A stretch of DNA of 63,536 nucleotides, filler included, from Olpidium bornovanus S191 (GCA_017911155.1; 26 parts of 26 records of this genome joined end to end with filler, not necessarily neighbours in it); one strand, 5' to 3'; positions 11,043 through 24,480 are shown, counted from the first letter of the whole stretch. Translations and numbers: made by a program. Notes: a model not told the origin generated them from the letters alone.

Positions 11043-11720
11043 CCCGCCCCCCCCCCCCCCCCCGCCCTNNNNNNNNNNNNNNNNNNNNNNNNNNNNNNNN
11101 NNNNNNNNNNNNTTAATTAATTAANNNNNNNNNNNNNNNNNNNNNNNNNNNNNNNNNNNNNNNNNNNNCCGACATCCAGCGGAGCTCGCAACATTATTGT
11201 TCAGCTGTTTACCAATGATGTTTTCTTTGTTTTTGTGCTGAGGCCGTCTGGTTTAGAGCGGGTCAAAAGGTGTTTTTGGTTTGATCATGTCGACCGTTGA
11301 GTTTGCCGCAAGTTCTTCCGGCGCACAGCACCCGGTGCGGACGGGCGGGGGCAGGAGCCAGGAGCGCCGCGCCGGAGAAAGCCACCCAAATTGTGCGGGG
11401 TGGATAATAATTGTCGTGGCGGAAAAAAAAAAAAAAAAAGAAATCGCAGGTCGGAGAACCCCCCCCCTAATTTCCCGCCTGCGCTCGAGAACCTCAAATC
11501 CGAACGGTTCGGTTATAATAAAAAAAAAAAAAAAAAGAAGAGAGATAAGGAGGCAAGACGTCGTTTGCTCAGAGGCGCCAAGTCACCGACACCGGTCTGT
11601 TACCTTCTAGGCGGTGGGTGTCCCGCGGCTGCTGCAGGGACGGACGAACGCTTTTCCTACCTCTGGAACCTTGGCCCACACGCGGGCGTGTGTTCGCTAA
11701 AAGCTAGGCAGCACGGCGAA

Positions 11721-13428
11721 ATGACCGGGCTATGGGCGCATTTCGGTCGGCTATCTCGGCGCCCACGGCCGGCACTGTGCATTGCACTGCTCCTGCTCGC
11801 CGCCGCCGCTCCGCCGCGCGCTTCCGCCTCCGCCTCTTTGGTCCAGTCCGTCTCTTTCGTGTACGAAGATGTCCTTGCGCGTCCCCACTTTGACGTGGCT
11901 CTAGGGGGCCACGACGATTTGGTGTCAGAGGCCCAGCTACAGTCTATGTTAGAGAATTATGTGCGACAAGCCGCAGCCCGAAGGCAGCAGGAGGAAGCCG
12001 GCGAAGAACGAAGTCGGACGGCGAGTGAGGCCAAACGTCCCAGCACTGGAGAGCTTGGGGAGCGCCGCCCGGAGAAGCCCGTAGATTTGCACCATGTCAG
12101 GAAGGTAACGCGCGTCCGACTTTCGCAATTGTGTTGACCACAGCTGCTTCGAGCCCTTCTCGTTCCGGGAACATATTCTAACAGGTAGCTTCTTTGATCC
12201 CCTTTTTTTCGATCAGGAAACAAGCGAGCCTCGAGCATCCCATCCTGAGTCAGAAAAGGCAATCCTTAAAGAACCCATCGTAATGCGGGCTGCAACCGGA
12301 CAGCGCTATGTCTGCCTGTTACCGCAGCCAGCTCCTGCGCAAACTGAAGGTGAAGACTTCACAGACGAGGAGAAGATTACTTCAAATGAGGACGCCGCCG
12401 CGTCAGAATCAAAGCGGAGAGAGGCTTTGGAAGCAGGCTTGTCGCTTCTCGATGGAATGGAAGGCCACTGTCTCTACTTGGTGAGGGCAGCTCTTTTACA
12501 TCGGCAAACCAAAATTCTGTCAGCGTTCTTCAGGCGATATCGCTGGTTTTGCCGTTGACGTCTCTATGCGCCACCTCATGCACTCTTCATCGTGGAGTGC
12601 AGGTGTTGGGTTGGTTCACTGTGGAATATTGTCACAACGCGCACATTCGCCAGTATCATCAACCGGCGACGGTTTCCGAGGTGCACGCTCCCGCACCGCA
12701 GGACGAGCAGACGGATGCTCCTACCTACAACTTCTACTTGGGACGGCACAACCGGCTGCCTAAGTCGTCGGTGAAGCATGGCATGTCTACGTCTTTCACT
12801 GGGTCCAAAGCTCTCCCACCCGAAAAGCAGGGCCCCGCAGCCGAGAACACCTCGGCTGTCGGTCACGTGACTGAGGATACTGACGTCAGGTCGATGGATG
12901 GTCGACTGTTCATTTCCCTGCGTTGTCATGGGGGCACCATATGTGACAAGACCGGGAAACCGCGAACAACGGAAGTGCAGGTATGGATAACAATGCGAGG
13001 CAGTTTTCCGTCATGGTCCTCGCCTCGCACATGTTCACGCGCAGAATTACCTGCCATATATCCAGTTCTTCTGCAACTTGCATCAACCGGAACACATATC
13101 TCAAGTGCTGGAACCATCAACATGCAAATACATCATCACCATCCAAACCCCGAGACTTTGCCGGGACGCAGCGTTCGTCCCCCCTCAACTGCCGGAGGTA
13201 CACATGATAAAATGCAACCCCGTTGTGTCAAACGAGTACCATGCGCTAGCGTCGGAAAAAAGCAATAAGCTGGAAGCGGGTACCACTGATGCCTCGGGAA
13301 GTGTCAAAACCGGCGCCGGGACGGACGCCAAGGACCAGCATGGCCAACACCAGCGGGCTGCCGCGGACGCTGAGGAGGATGAGGGGAAGGGAATGCACGA
13401 AATGAAGCCGGCCGTTGACTGGAAGGCG
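11721..13428 (+). CDS. YOS9: ER lectin Yos9/OS-9 (MRH domain); exons 11721-12104, 12217-12480, 12603-12980, 13066-13428; 3' end missing
   Basis: Signal-peptide-like LCIALLLLAAAA; GQRYVCLLP; CLYL|VLGWFTVEYCHNAHIRQYH; GTICDKTGKPRTTEVQ|FFC; EPSTCKYIITIQTPRLC. All inferred introns are GT-AG and phase 0. Confidence 0.93.
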
Positions 13429-16400
13429 GTGAGTCTGCGCCGCGACCCGCTCACGGGCANNNNNNNNNNNNNNNNNNNNNNNNNNNNNNNNNNNNNNNNN
13501 NNNTTAATTAATTAANNNNNNNNNNNNNNNNNNNNNNNNNNNNNNNNNNNNNNNNNNNNAGTCACCAAACTGTTATTTGCTCAATCCATTAAGGGTTTCT
13601 TTTGGATAGAGAAAGGGAAGTTTGTCAAACGCCTGGACGCGGTGCTTCCTGGTCTGCGCCCTCTGCAAGTTTGACATGATATTTGCAGAGTGCCCTGTTT
13701 CCTGAAAACGAGGATTTTTTTTTCTGCGCTGGCGCCCCCGGTTTTGATCAGGTGGTTAGCGGTTCCCGGCTTTGTTCCGGTGGTTATCGCGGCGGAGGGC
13801 GACGGTTCGGGTCCGCCTCGAAGTCGGCTTACCCCTTTATCGCATGATAATCGAAAACCAACTCGAGCGGCAGACCCAGATCTCAGGTGGAGTGATTCAC
13901 GTGAGTGTTGAGTACGGTCGCGGGGAAATAGCAATGGGAAACCTACGATTTTGGAAAAGTGAATGAACGCGCCCGCAGACCCAAACCTAACGGAACGGAT
14001 TGTGGCAGGAGAACAGGTGGTTCGCGAACGTGGCTGCGGGATCGCGGGGACCCCGCTCCCCTCAAGCGCGCGCGCGAGGAGTGAGGAGATGGAGGAGGAG
14101 TGAGGAGGAGGATCCTTGGGGGAAGGTCGCGCGCGTCTGACGGCGAAACGCGCGGGGAGATCTCGCGAGGCGGCGGCGACGCGGCTGCTTGCGGCGAGAA
14201 GGTTGCGCGACGGGAGGCGCGGGAATGACGGGCGCAGCCGGTGGGTGGAGCGGGTGGGTAGGCGGGCCGGGGAATTGGGTGGGGGTTGGGGGTTATTTAA
14301 GCGCGACGCGCGCGTGGGGGGAAAAGGCGGCGAGGGGAAATACCCGCGTGACAGAGAGAGCTTCGACGTCATATTCTCGGCCCCTTCTTCCTCTCCCGCC
14401 CGCTCTCGTCGCGGTCGCACGGCATTGCGCGCAAGCGGCCGCGAGACGCGGGCGGCGGCGGCGGCGGCGGCGGCCGAGAAGACCTGCAGTGCCTCCCTGC
14501 TGGCGCAGCTCTGCCTCTCTTCCGCGGCGAGCCCGCCCCCGTCGCTCTTGCCGTGCCTCCGGGCGCACTATGATTATTATAGATATTATCATGTATTGTA
14601 CCATAGTGAGTTGGGCATTGTCCCCCCCCCACACACACACCGCGGACGGCCCCTTCCTCCCACGCCTCAACCCAAAAAAATTAAACACGAAATACTCTTC
14701 TTCCCGGCGGGGTCGGGACGCCGCGCGCCGTGCGAGGGGAGATCCCGCCCCCACCACGGCAATGCTTCGCGCCGGGAAGGCCTCAATGCCGGAAGGCCGA
14801 GTCCTACGGCGGAAAACTCGGGATGAGCAAGATGTCCGCCCACACCCCTCCCCGCCGAGACCCGGCGGCCGCAAACGCCGGCGCAGTTCCGCTACGGGAG
14901 ACTGCCCCCGGCTGTTGGTGGGATGTCAGAGGAGAGGAGGAGGCTGACTTGCCGAGGAACTTCCCCCGTGGGGAAAAGCCCGGCTCGTCGCGGTTGGAAA
15001 ACGCTTTGCTGCACACCGTTGTGAATCACGAGAGGGGGATTTGATGTGTCGCGTTTGCGCAGCGGAATTTGGTTCGAATAGAAAATTAAATTGCGGCGCG
15101 AGAGGCTAAAGAGGGGGAAAGGAGGGGGAGCGGCAGGGCGGCTGGGCGGGCCATTTAGTCGCTCAGGATCCACACACACACACACCACCCATCTCCCCGC
15201 CTCGCCGTGCCGGCTCGCCGGGTTAGCCTCTTTCTTCGAACGGGTTCGGACTACCCGCGTCGCGCCAGATGGCGTGGGGGTAAGGGAGGGGAAGAAGGAA
15301 ACCGACCTTTTCCCACCACGACGTCCCCCCCACCGCCCGTTAAGGGCAAGACATAGAAGGCGGAGTGCCGCCGGAAAAACAGCCGAAAGCGACGCGTGTC
15401 CGGAAACGGATGAGATGCAAAACTTTGCCAGTTGCGGCTTGAACCGGCAAAAGACCGGAGGGGAGGAAGTGGAGGTGGACACCCGCAGAATCCCCTCGTC
15501 AAAGCGCGGTCGCGGCCCAGAAAGGAGGATTTTCGGCGGGCGGGCGGGCGTGCGCGCGAACGCGATCGGGGGTGGGGGAAATGGCGTGGGGGGGGANNNN
15601 NNNNNNNNNNNNNNNNNNNNNNNNNNNNNNNNNNNNNNNNTTAATTAATTAANNNNNNNNNNNNNNNNNNNNNNNNNNNNNNNNNNNNNNNNNNNNCACT
15701 ACGCACACCAGCCCCTGTGCGCCCTTGTAGAATCGCCAGATCCCCGACATATAAAGTAGACCTCGCCGAGCTAGAAAGTCGACAACAATATACAGTTTTC
15801 TTCCTTCTACCGGTCTTTTGGGTTCACCGCTCCTCCGCCTGCGGGTTCCCGAATTCCCTCTCGGCTCTTCTTTTATAATAACCCTTCCCCCCCCGCCCCA
15901 ATCACAGGACGACTTTGTAGATTATGCGTTGCCCTCGCCCCCCCTTGCAGGTCGGTGGCCGCTGCCCCTTCTCCCGTTCTCTCGTTCTCGGCGGAGCTGT
16001 CAGGGCTCGTTACGCCTCGCCGAGCCCCTCGCCCGCCACTGACGGCTCCCTCTCCTTTCCATACCAGCTGTCTTCTTGTTGGTTTTTGGTTTGTTTTGTT
16101 TTTTTTTTCTTCCGTTCGGGTCAGCGAGCTGCTTGTCGTCCTTTCGAAGACGTCGCTCGGCGCCGGCGTCACGTGATATCATTTCGCAGACGGAAAACGC
16201 GAACACCCCCCCGTCGGTAAACATTGTTGCCCCGTGGAGAAGAGAGGGCCCACCCAGCCAGCCCGGGGAAGAGGACAAGACAGGACAAAACCGTGGTCGC
16301 ATTCGCGGTCGAAGGGCGGGCATGACCTTTTGCACGCAGATCGCCGCCCCGCCCGTCTTTCCCAACTGGTTCGCCTCAAAAACTATGCCGGTCCAAAGCG

Positions 16401-16819
16401 GACGACGGCGCCGACCCTGGGTGACGAAGGCGCCGAGAGGGCGTGCCAGGCGACTTCGGGCCGCCGCGCGTTTGGGTTTCCCTGTGAAGCAGGAAATCTC
16501 GTCCGCGAGCAGAGCAGACGGCCGTGCTACACGTTTTTAAATGCAACGCTTTCTTTCCCGGCTCGTCCCCGACCGTGCTTCCGCGACGACGCAGTTTTCC
16601 TGGGCTTCGGAACTTCGCGCGGACTCGGGTTCACGCCTTCCACGGGCCTCCGGCGGCCGACGCTCCTGCAGGGACCTCCACCTCCACCCGCCGCGGCCGT
16701 CACCAGAGAGCAGGAAGAAAAAAATAAGATTTTCGGTTGTTGGTGCTTTCGGGGTCTCAATCGCGTTCGGAACGCTTACGCAAACCTCAATTGTCGTTGC
16801 ATCGACATGAACGCGGACG

Positions 16820-17097
16820 TAGACGACGTTGATGCCCTCTCTGAACTGAATAAAGTTCGGTGCGCGTAGGCCTTTTGTGAATCCGTCTGCTAAAATTTTT
16901 TGATGCGACATCGATAATGCTGACCTGGCCCGCGTCGTGGCACTCGCGAACGTAGTGTTCCCGGAGCTCCACGTGTTTTGACCTTTTGAAAAGTTGCTTG
17001 TTGTTTCGGACTATCATTGCTGAGCTGCGGTTTTCGATATGTAGCGGGATCGCATTGTGGTCATTGAGGAGTGTGTTTGAGAGCCGTCTGGACCATG
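16820..17097 (-). mobile_element. Ty1/Copia RNase H C-terminal fragment (frameshifted)
   Basis: IENRSSAMIVRNNKQLFKRSKHVELREHYVRE...IIDVAS, frameshift, then LADGFTKGLRAPNFIQFREGI. Matches the Copia DNxSA...RTKHIxxRxHxxRE...ADxFTKxL motif. Confidence 0.85.
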
Positions 17098-17205
17098 NNN
17101 NNNNNNNNNNNNNNNNNNNNNNNNNNNNNNNNNNNNNNNNNTTAATTAATTAANNNNNNNNNNNNNNNNNNNNNNNNNNNNNNNNNNNNNNNNNNNNCGC
17201 CGCGG

Positions 17206-17257
<52 letters not shown>

Positions 17258-19449
17258 CGGCGACGTCTCTTCGGGGTGCGCGAGTGGCTGCGTCCACGCA
17301 GCTTTACAGATCGCCGACTGCTGCCATCCCTTCGCTCTTCCCCGTATGTCGGTCTGTCCGGGCAAAGGCTGTGTCGCTCGAAAACGCGCGGAGAGCAGAC
17401 TCCGCAATCGGCAGCGCGCTTCGGGCCGCAAGTCGATCCGCCCCTCCCACCCACCCCGGCCCGCCGCTCGCCGCGTCAGTTTGACTCCGCAGAGCGCCAG
17501 CGGCCGCGGTTGTTTCGAGGTGCCGGAAAGTTTTAATGGGCAGTCCAGGGAGAAACGCGATGGCACTCAACGCGGCGCGGCGCAGCACAGTGATTTCAAC
17601 GGGTCCAGGATAGCCATGCGCACATGGCACTCGCTCGCGCCAGTTCCCTTTCTCGGCGGTGCGTTCAGTCCCAGCGTTGCTCCTCGAAATTAAAGGGATT
17701 GCGCTGCTGCACTTCTCTAGAACGGTCGCCGGTGTTCTGGGATTTGCCAACCTGACCAATATCTTTCCGTCTTCCGCACAAGCACGGCCGCGATTATCAA
17801 CCTAAAAGTGTTTGGGGCGTTTCCGAAATCTTAGGAGACATTGCGTGTTGCGCGTAGAACCAGTGGTCACGCAACGGCTTCCCCGGCCAGCCCGCCCCTT
17901 CACCCTTCCGTCCCCTCACCCGTCGTTCAAAAAAAAATAAAATAAAAAATAAAATGACACCAATCACACATTCGCACCGCTCGTTACATAACATTTAGTT
18001 TACAGGCGCGATTCGGACCTTGCGAAAACTAAAACAGTTGAGCCCCGTGATAGCTAATCATTTTACAACCGGACAACGTCGTGAAGTAGAATGTTGGCAA
18101 GGGCAATCTGCAGGAGGGTAGGCGAGAAGAAAGCTGCGTTTGTTCCGATTCAAACAGCCGAACTGCCCGGCAGTAATTCCAGAAACTCCGCCCGGCCAGA
18201 AGCCTCTTTCTTCTCATCAAGATACGTGGTGAGCGCGCAAAGCTCTATGGGGGTCTGTCTCTTTTTCATATCGCGGATATCTCTGTATTCCCCCGAAGGG
18301 TTGGGATGCGAATCCTCGCCACGCACGAACGTTTCCGCCGCAAACGATGCTTGAGATTCGTTGCTGACGAGAAAGCCCATTAAGTCCCTTTGACACCGGA
18401 TATGTATTTTGGAAAGCTATGGAAGGATACCGCAGGATACGGCGGAATGGGGTATAACCTGGGGAATACCCGATACCGCAGTTGTACTGCCAATGCGATT
18501 TGACATACGCAACAGTGTCCAAAACACAGCTTTTGCAAACCTTCGCGCTGCATGCCTGCGGCGACAAAGACGACGGCCGGCAATAATCCTGCATGCGGCG
18601 CCGGCCGCGCAAGTCGCGCGCGGAGAACTCAGCGCCAGAAACGGAAGCGACGCGCATTGCCAAAAGGGATTTCGCTCTTTTCCGGCGAAGTCCGGGGGGA
18701 CGCAAGCGCGTCCCCGCGGTTTCCTTCCGCTGCGAGCTCGGCACGCGGGCCGGGTCCGTTGGCGGGGGGAGGGGAAGGCATAATCTACTGGAATCTTTTC
18801 GTTGTTGTTTTCGGATTGAGCATCGCAGTGCCGTGGGCACGCTGGTGTGAGTGCATGGGAATGTGTGTGTGTGTAAGTGTGTGTGTCTGTTGGTTTTCGG
18901 AAAGCGAGATTTCCCTACGTGGTGCTCCTCCAATCGCGTCCGTCCCGCCGGCGATCATCCTCATCAACTCTATCAACGCTTCGTTTGCGTTGAGTAAGAT
19001 TAGTGGCAGTAAGCATCTTGAGGATTTGCCCAATGCAGCCATCACCCTTTTTCGCACGGACCTTGTAAACGCCCTCCCACGCACGCAGCTGCAAAAGGTG
19101 ACCGACATGCTTGCAACGAAAATGCCCGTCTCTCCTTCTACGAAGGCGCTCGGCGCTCGCCACATCCTTCAGTATCTCGGGCTCCCTGCCTAAGCCGGTA
19201 AAGCAGTGTCTCGACGCCGGCCGCCTGTCATGGCTGGCTTACAGTAATCCATCGTACGTCCACAGCCAGTTCCAGCTCGCCCGGAACGAGTCCGCGGGAC
19301 TCGACGAGGGCGCCGCGCAGCCCCTGCGGACGGCCTCCGAGCTGCCGGANNNNNNNNNNNNNNNNNNNNNNNNNNNNNNNNNNNNNNNNNNNNTTAATTA
19401 ATTAANNNNNNNNNNNNNNNNNNNNNNNNNNNNNNNNNNNNNNNNNNNN

Positions 19450-21027
19450 CCAGGTCTTCAAGCAGCTTTTCCTTTTCGACGATCTGCGCTTTCAGGTTTT
19501 CGTTTTCAGCCCCCAGCTGCTTGATTTGGAGGTGGTCAGATTGGTGGAGGATCTGTCGTGCGCAGCATGAGCACGAGAGGTTACCCACACTGGTCAATGG
19601 AAGAAATGCTGAAGTAAGCAAAGGTTAAATGGCGGTGGGCCCGCACCTTGGTTTTTCTCCAAAGGGCCTATCGACCATGGAGAATTCGCGGCGTCCCGTT
19701 AGCAACAGCCCCACCTCGGCGACGGCGAACGGTCCACAAGACCCTCAGGCCAAGATCGCTTACGAGGTAGTTCTCTTCGTTCTGACAATAGAAAGCGTAA
19801 GAGCCAAATCGATAAAGCAAAAGACAACTATTTTGACCCCACGGCGTGCCGCGGTTCCTACTCACTCGGACGGGGAAGGACGAGATGGTTTTGAAGCGCT
19901 GCAGAATGCTGATTATGTTAAGGTTCTGAAAGTAATCGTTCCGGTTTGAGAGATGGCCCAGGACAGCTGCCCAGAGAACGGCCCGGCCGCCAAACGCCGA
20001 CGGGCGAAAGGCTTGTTTAACGTTCTTCACGGCCTCATCAACAAAAAAAAAATGGTTGGGGGGATGGAACCGATATTATTTTGCCATCGGCCGGCTACGA
20101 ACCTACAGGTGTACGCATTCCCGCCAAGGGCCTCGGCCTGTACCAGCAGGAGCGTCAAAAGAGAATCTCGGCCGCTCACGACGGCCGAGTCCTTTCCGGC
20201 CGTCAGCGTGCGAACTGAGTTGGAAAACGCAACGACCGGCTGCAGGAATCCCGGCGGGTACGACTTTGTCCCGGCGGTTGCCGCCGCAGGGAGGAAAGAT
20301 CCCGGCGGTTCTGCGTCCGCGTTGACGGTCGTCAGGACGGCATCGAACAGGTCGATGAACGCAAAACGGGATATCAAGGTCGTTTCCGATCCCGCCTGTT
20401 CCGTTTCGCCGGGTAATTCACAGCCCCCAGGAATGCAGCGAAGCAGTCAGTGACGTCCTGACGTTGTTCAATCACTATCCGGTAAACCAGCAAAAACGTC
20501 TCGTATAAAACTGTACGTTTACCAGATTGTCCGGCGATTTTATCCCGACTGAGTCAGTCGGGTGTATGACTTGACGTAGCTCAAGAAGGTAGGCTGCCGT
20601 TACCAACTCCTGGTAATGGAAGCGATCGCGGCTTTCTCTCGCCTGCAGATGGACATCTGAGTGATGCTGCCCGCCACAAGCAGCCGAAGAGCTAATGGCT
20701 GCTGCAGCTCGCAACTCGGGAAAGCACGCACCGTGGCAACCACTTCCATAACGGCTTCAGGTCCCCGCACTTCAACGCTGGTAAGGCCGACGATTCCAAA
20801 ACCGTCGTAGTGGCTTATATCAATTAGCTGTTTATCGTTTTCTGGAGAGTCCTCGCCTCCCGCTGCGGCCGCGCCGTCGACTTCCCAGTCGTCCGGGTCG
20901 AGCAGATCATGGATGCGCTCGCCCGGGCCAACGGCCACGCAGCTGACGTTCAGCTTGTAGACGTTCTGCTCGGTTGCGCGGCGCGTCTGCTGCTGACCTG
21001 GCGGCTTCTCGGATTTCCGAGAATCCA
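19450..21027 (-). CDS. Kinesin-like protein with a degenerate motor domain followed by coiled coil (partial, several exons)
   Basis: YKLNVSCVAVGPGERIHDLL; GIVGLTSVEV; SRFAFIDL; GRDSLLTLLLVQAEALGGNAYT; VLGHLSNRNDYFQNLNIISILQRFKTISSFPVR; then KQLGAENENLKAQIVEKEKLLEDL. Order and spacing follow the C-terminal half of the kinesin motor. Confidence 0.8.
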
Positions 21028-21149
21028 NNNNNNNNNNNNNNNNNNNNNNNNNNNNNNNNNNNNNNNNNNNNTTAATTAATTAANNNNNNNNNNNNNNNNN
21101 NNNNNNNNNNNNNNNNNNNNNNNNNNNTCTGATACAGTACCATCTCTGT

Positions 21150-21262
21150 TTATGACGGCCTCAAAGGAGAACACTGACAATGACAACCGCTTCTTTATGG
21201 ATTGCGCGTGTAGCAATCACGTTACCTTTCGGAAGGACTGGCTCCATGACTCAAAGGATTAG
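21150..21262 (+). mobile_element. Short Copia-type protease remnant
   Basis: NRFFMDCACSNHVTFRKDWLHD* resembles the Copia WxxDSGASxHMTxxxxWF motif. Confidence 0.5.
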
Positions 21263-21452
21263 GCCTCCATCAGTGCTATGAGTTATCCCTGGCTGTAAAA
21301 ACACAGGGGCCGGTTTCCCGCTTTCTCTCTCCCCCCCCCCTCAAAAAAAAAACACGTCGAACTTAAAAACGATCAACCACCGAATCGCCACACATAAACG
21401 AGTCCCCGGGGGGAGATAGCGCACGCGGCGACCACCAAAAAGGGCGCGGCCT

Positions 21453-23049
21453 CTATTTCTGACACAGCGAGCTGGCGTCGGCGACCAGCTCGTCAACGCT
21501 GAACTCCGCCGGGCAGCGGTGGAAAGTCTCCAGCAGGGCCCTCGCGCGGGGGCCGCCGGTGACGCCGCCGTAAAAGCGCTGCACGAGCATGGCGAGGAGG
21601 TGCGCGTTCGCCGCGCTGACCAGGCCCGCCCCGCTTCCGCCGCCGCCCTCGGTGATCTCCCCGCGCATCAGGACGATCCCCTTCTCCTTCGCCAGCTCGC
21701 CGTGGTGCGTGAGCGTCAGGTGCGGCCGCGCGGCCTCCGCGCCCGCCGCCTTGACCTCCGCCAGCGACGTCAGGTAGCACGAGGCGAAGCTCCACTGCAA
21801 GACGTAGAGCTCGTACTCCGAGGCCGACCGGCCGGGGACTGGTAAAATGAACTGGAAAAAATTTGGAGGGGGGAGCCTCAGTAAAAAACCTCTTTTGGAC
21901 GCGGCGAACGCCGCGCTTCCTTGATAACGCTACCCCCCCCCTTCCCCGGCGTACCATCGGGAACTCCTTGGCGCGGGCCATGAGAACCTCGTATACCTTT
22001 ACCGGTATCACCGCGGAGAGCACGTTCGGCTTCGTCGCGTGGTACGCCGTCCACATGTTTCCGATGTCGTCGCCGGAGATGCCGGAAGACCGGATTTTGT
22101 CCAAGTCCAGGATGTGGCGTAGCGCCTGAACAGGGGGCGGCAGGCGAAGCGTCGGCCTTTCGAGGTTTCACTCGCCGCGAAAACTCCCGCTCAAATCTAT
22201 TATTGATTTCGGACCTTCACACCCGACGGCGAAGAAACCGGACCCGGCTCCGCCGGCGGAGGGGTTTTGGACCGCCCGGAAGCGCGGTCGAGATTATTTT
22301 GGCCGGGCGCGGAGCCGCGCTCGGCCTCGCGGTGTTCGCCTGCTTCTGCTCGCTCCGCTTGTCGCCTCCGCGCCAGGAGATCTTCTACGGACGAGACTCC
22401 CTCGCTGAAACGGAGCAACAATCCCGTACTGGGTCAGGGGCGATGGTCCTCCCGGGGGGAGTAACGTTCCGGCAGAAAAAAAAAACGGGCTCCCCGCCGT
22501 CTTTCTGGGAATTGGAGAAAAATATACTTACGCAGCGGACTTCTTTTTGAGCTTCTCTGCACCAAGGGCCGGGAGAGAGCGGGGAAGTTTGGTCAGGTGC
22601 ACGTCCGGCGAAGCTCATCCCAGCCGCGACGGGGTTGCCGGACGGAACCCGGCCGGGCCCCGCCCCCCTTGCGCACCCTGGTACTTGGCGAAGTACTCCT
22701 TCCGCGACTCCTCCGCGGTCCGGAAGGCGCTTGCGTTGCGCGTGCCGGCGTACGGCGCGCCCGGGAACGCGGCGGCGCGCGCGGCTGCCGGCGGCGGCGG
22801 CGGGCTCCAGAGCACGTGCGCGGGACGCCGGCCGGTCGTCAGCGGGGCCGGCGCGGTCGGCCGCGGAAATGACGGCGCGGCCGGCTGCCCGCCGCCGGAG
22901 AGTTTGTAAAAGTCGCGGCGGCGCGCGGCTGCCGGAGGCCGGTCCGCTGTCCGTGTCGCCGTCGCCGTCGCCGCCGCCGCCGCCGCCCTCCGGCGCACGG
23001 CCGCGGCCGCCGCGAAGGCGGCTGCCGGAAGCGCTGCTCCGTGTCCCAT
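21453..23049 (-). CDS. ATP11: Mitochondrial F1 ATP synthase assembly factor 1 (about five exons)
   Basis: Ala/Arg-rich presequence; YFAKYQEKLKKK; ALRHILDLDKIR...IGNMWTAYH...LSAVIPVKVYEVLMARAKEFPM; ELYVLQW...YLTSLAEVK...PHLTLTHHGELAKEKGIVLMRGEI...LVQRFY...LLETFH. Confidence 0.93.
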
Positions 23050-23099
23050 ATCCCTTGTGGGTCTGCGGGGTGGGGGAGTGGATGGGGTGCAAAAGGCGA

Positions 23100-23141
<42 letters not shown>

Positions 23142-23466
23142 AAAAAAAAGGCATTACATATAAATAGAATTAAATATCAATGCAATAATATCTTATATAA
23201 AAGGTTCTACCTAGTAAATAATAAAGTATTTACCTATAATTATTGCACACTTAAAAGAAAAAAAAAAAGAAAAAAAAAAANNNNNNNNNNNNNNNNNNNN
23301 NNNNNNNNNNNNNNNNNNNNNNNNTTAATTAATTAANNNNNNNNNNNNNNNNNNNNNNNNNNNNNNNNNNNNNNNNNNNNCCCTCCCTCGTTTTTTTTTT
23401 CTCCACCTCCAACCCTCACCCTGGCCCTTTCAGGGGATGGGAAAAGGGAACGGGAGGGAAACCGAC

Positions 23467-24444
23467 CTTGATGTCGTCAATCTTCTGCATCTCGAACTTC
23501 TGGACGGTGTCCAGGAGGGACAGGTTGGAATGCGTCACCTCGTGAGCCGCGCCTGTCAGTTCGAGCTGGTGCTGGGTCTGCGCGAACGTTTTTTTTTTTC
23601 GTGGTGCCGGGCGGCGGCGGCGGCGGGGGCGGGGGAAGGGGAGGGGGGGTGGTTGTGGTGATTGTGGTGATGATTCAAGTGAGAAGGAGGCGTGGGGGGT
23701 TGGGTTGGGGAGATGGAGGGGTGCCATGCGCAGTCAGGGTGAACGAACGAACGGAAAACGAACGGAAAAGCAGGGGAAAACTCATTCCGCCGCGGTTTTT
23801 TCTGTTCAATTTCATTCTAAATTCTTTCTCCTCACGATTTTGTGCCGGTTGCCGGCGTCGCGAATCGCTATGGAATCCAGCTGGGCCTTCTTCTGCTGCT
23901 CTCGCTTGATGGCGGCGTCGCGGAGCTTGAGCTCGCCCTTTTTGTTAGTATTATTTTTGTCACCGAAACGAACACCGCGCGGCGAGAGCGGGGAAAAGAA
24001 AATGAAAATAAAGTAAAAGGTGTCAGGACCATCATCGTTGCTGGTGGAGGGGGTTGGGAGGGGGGAGGGGGGAGAGCGTTGTATTGTATTACCTTGACGG
24101 CTTTTGACATATTGCTGGCAATCAGGAGTGCAGCGAAAGGAACGGAGGGGAGGGTGGGAAAATGCGGGGTTAGTCGAAAACAAATTAGACGCTCAAGATT
24201 TCCATCCGGCCCACGGCTATATCTGTGTTTTACTCATGAAATAGCACGGGCTGGGGGGAAGGGGGGAAACGCCTCCAGCTCACCGATAAATGCTGAGAGG
24301 CTCTCTCGCTCGAAGTTCCAGCCTCTCTTGCTTAGTGAGCCAGAAAAAAAGAGAAACGCGTGTGCGGTTCCAAACCGAATGCAAGTAGAATAATAAAAAA
24401 AAAATCGTGAGTCGCGGGCAGGACGGGGCGCGGCTTGCTCCGCC

Positions 24445-24480
<36 letters not shown>

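Noticed and set aside
15060-15090. GGTTCGAAT as a tRNA T-loop
   Set aside because: No acceptor, D or anticodon stems around it; I found no tRNA or rRNA genes in the window.
15697-15780. Minus-strand SGIWRFYKGAQGLV resembling a mitochondrial carrier motif
   Set aside because: Too short, at a contig edge, with no PxD/ExxK/R signature to support it.
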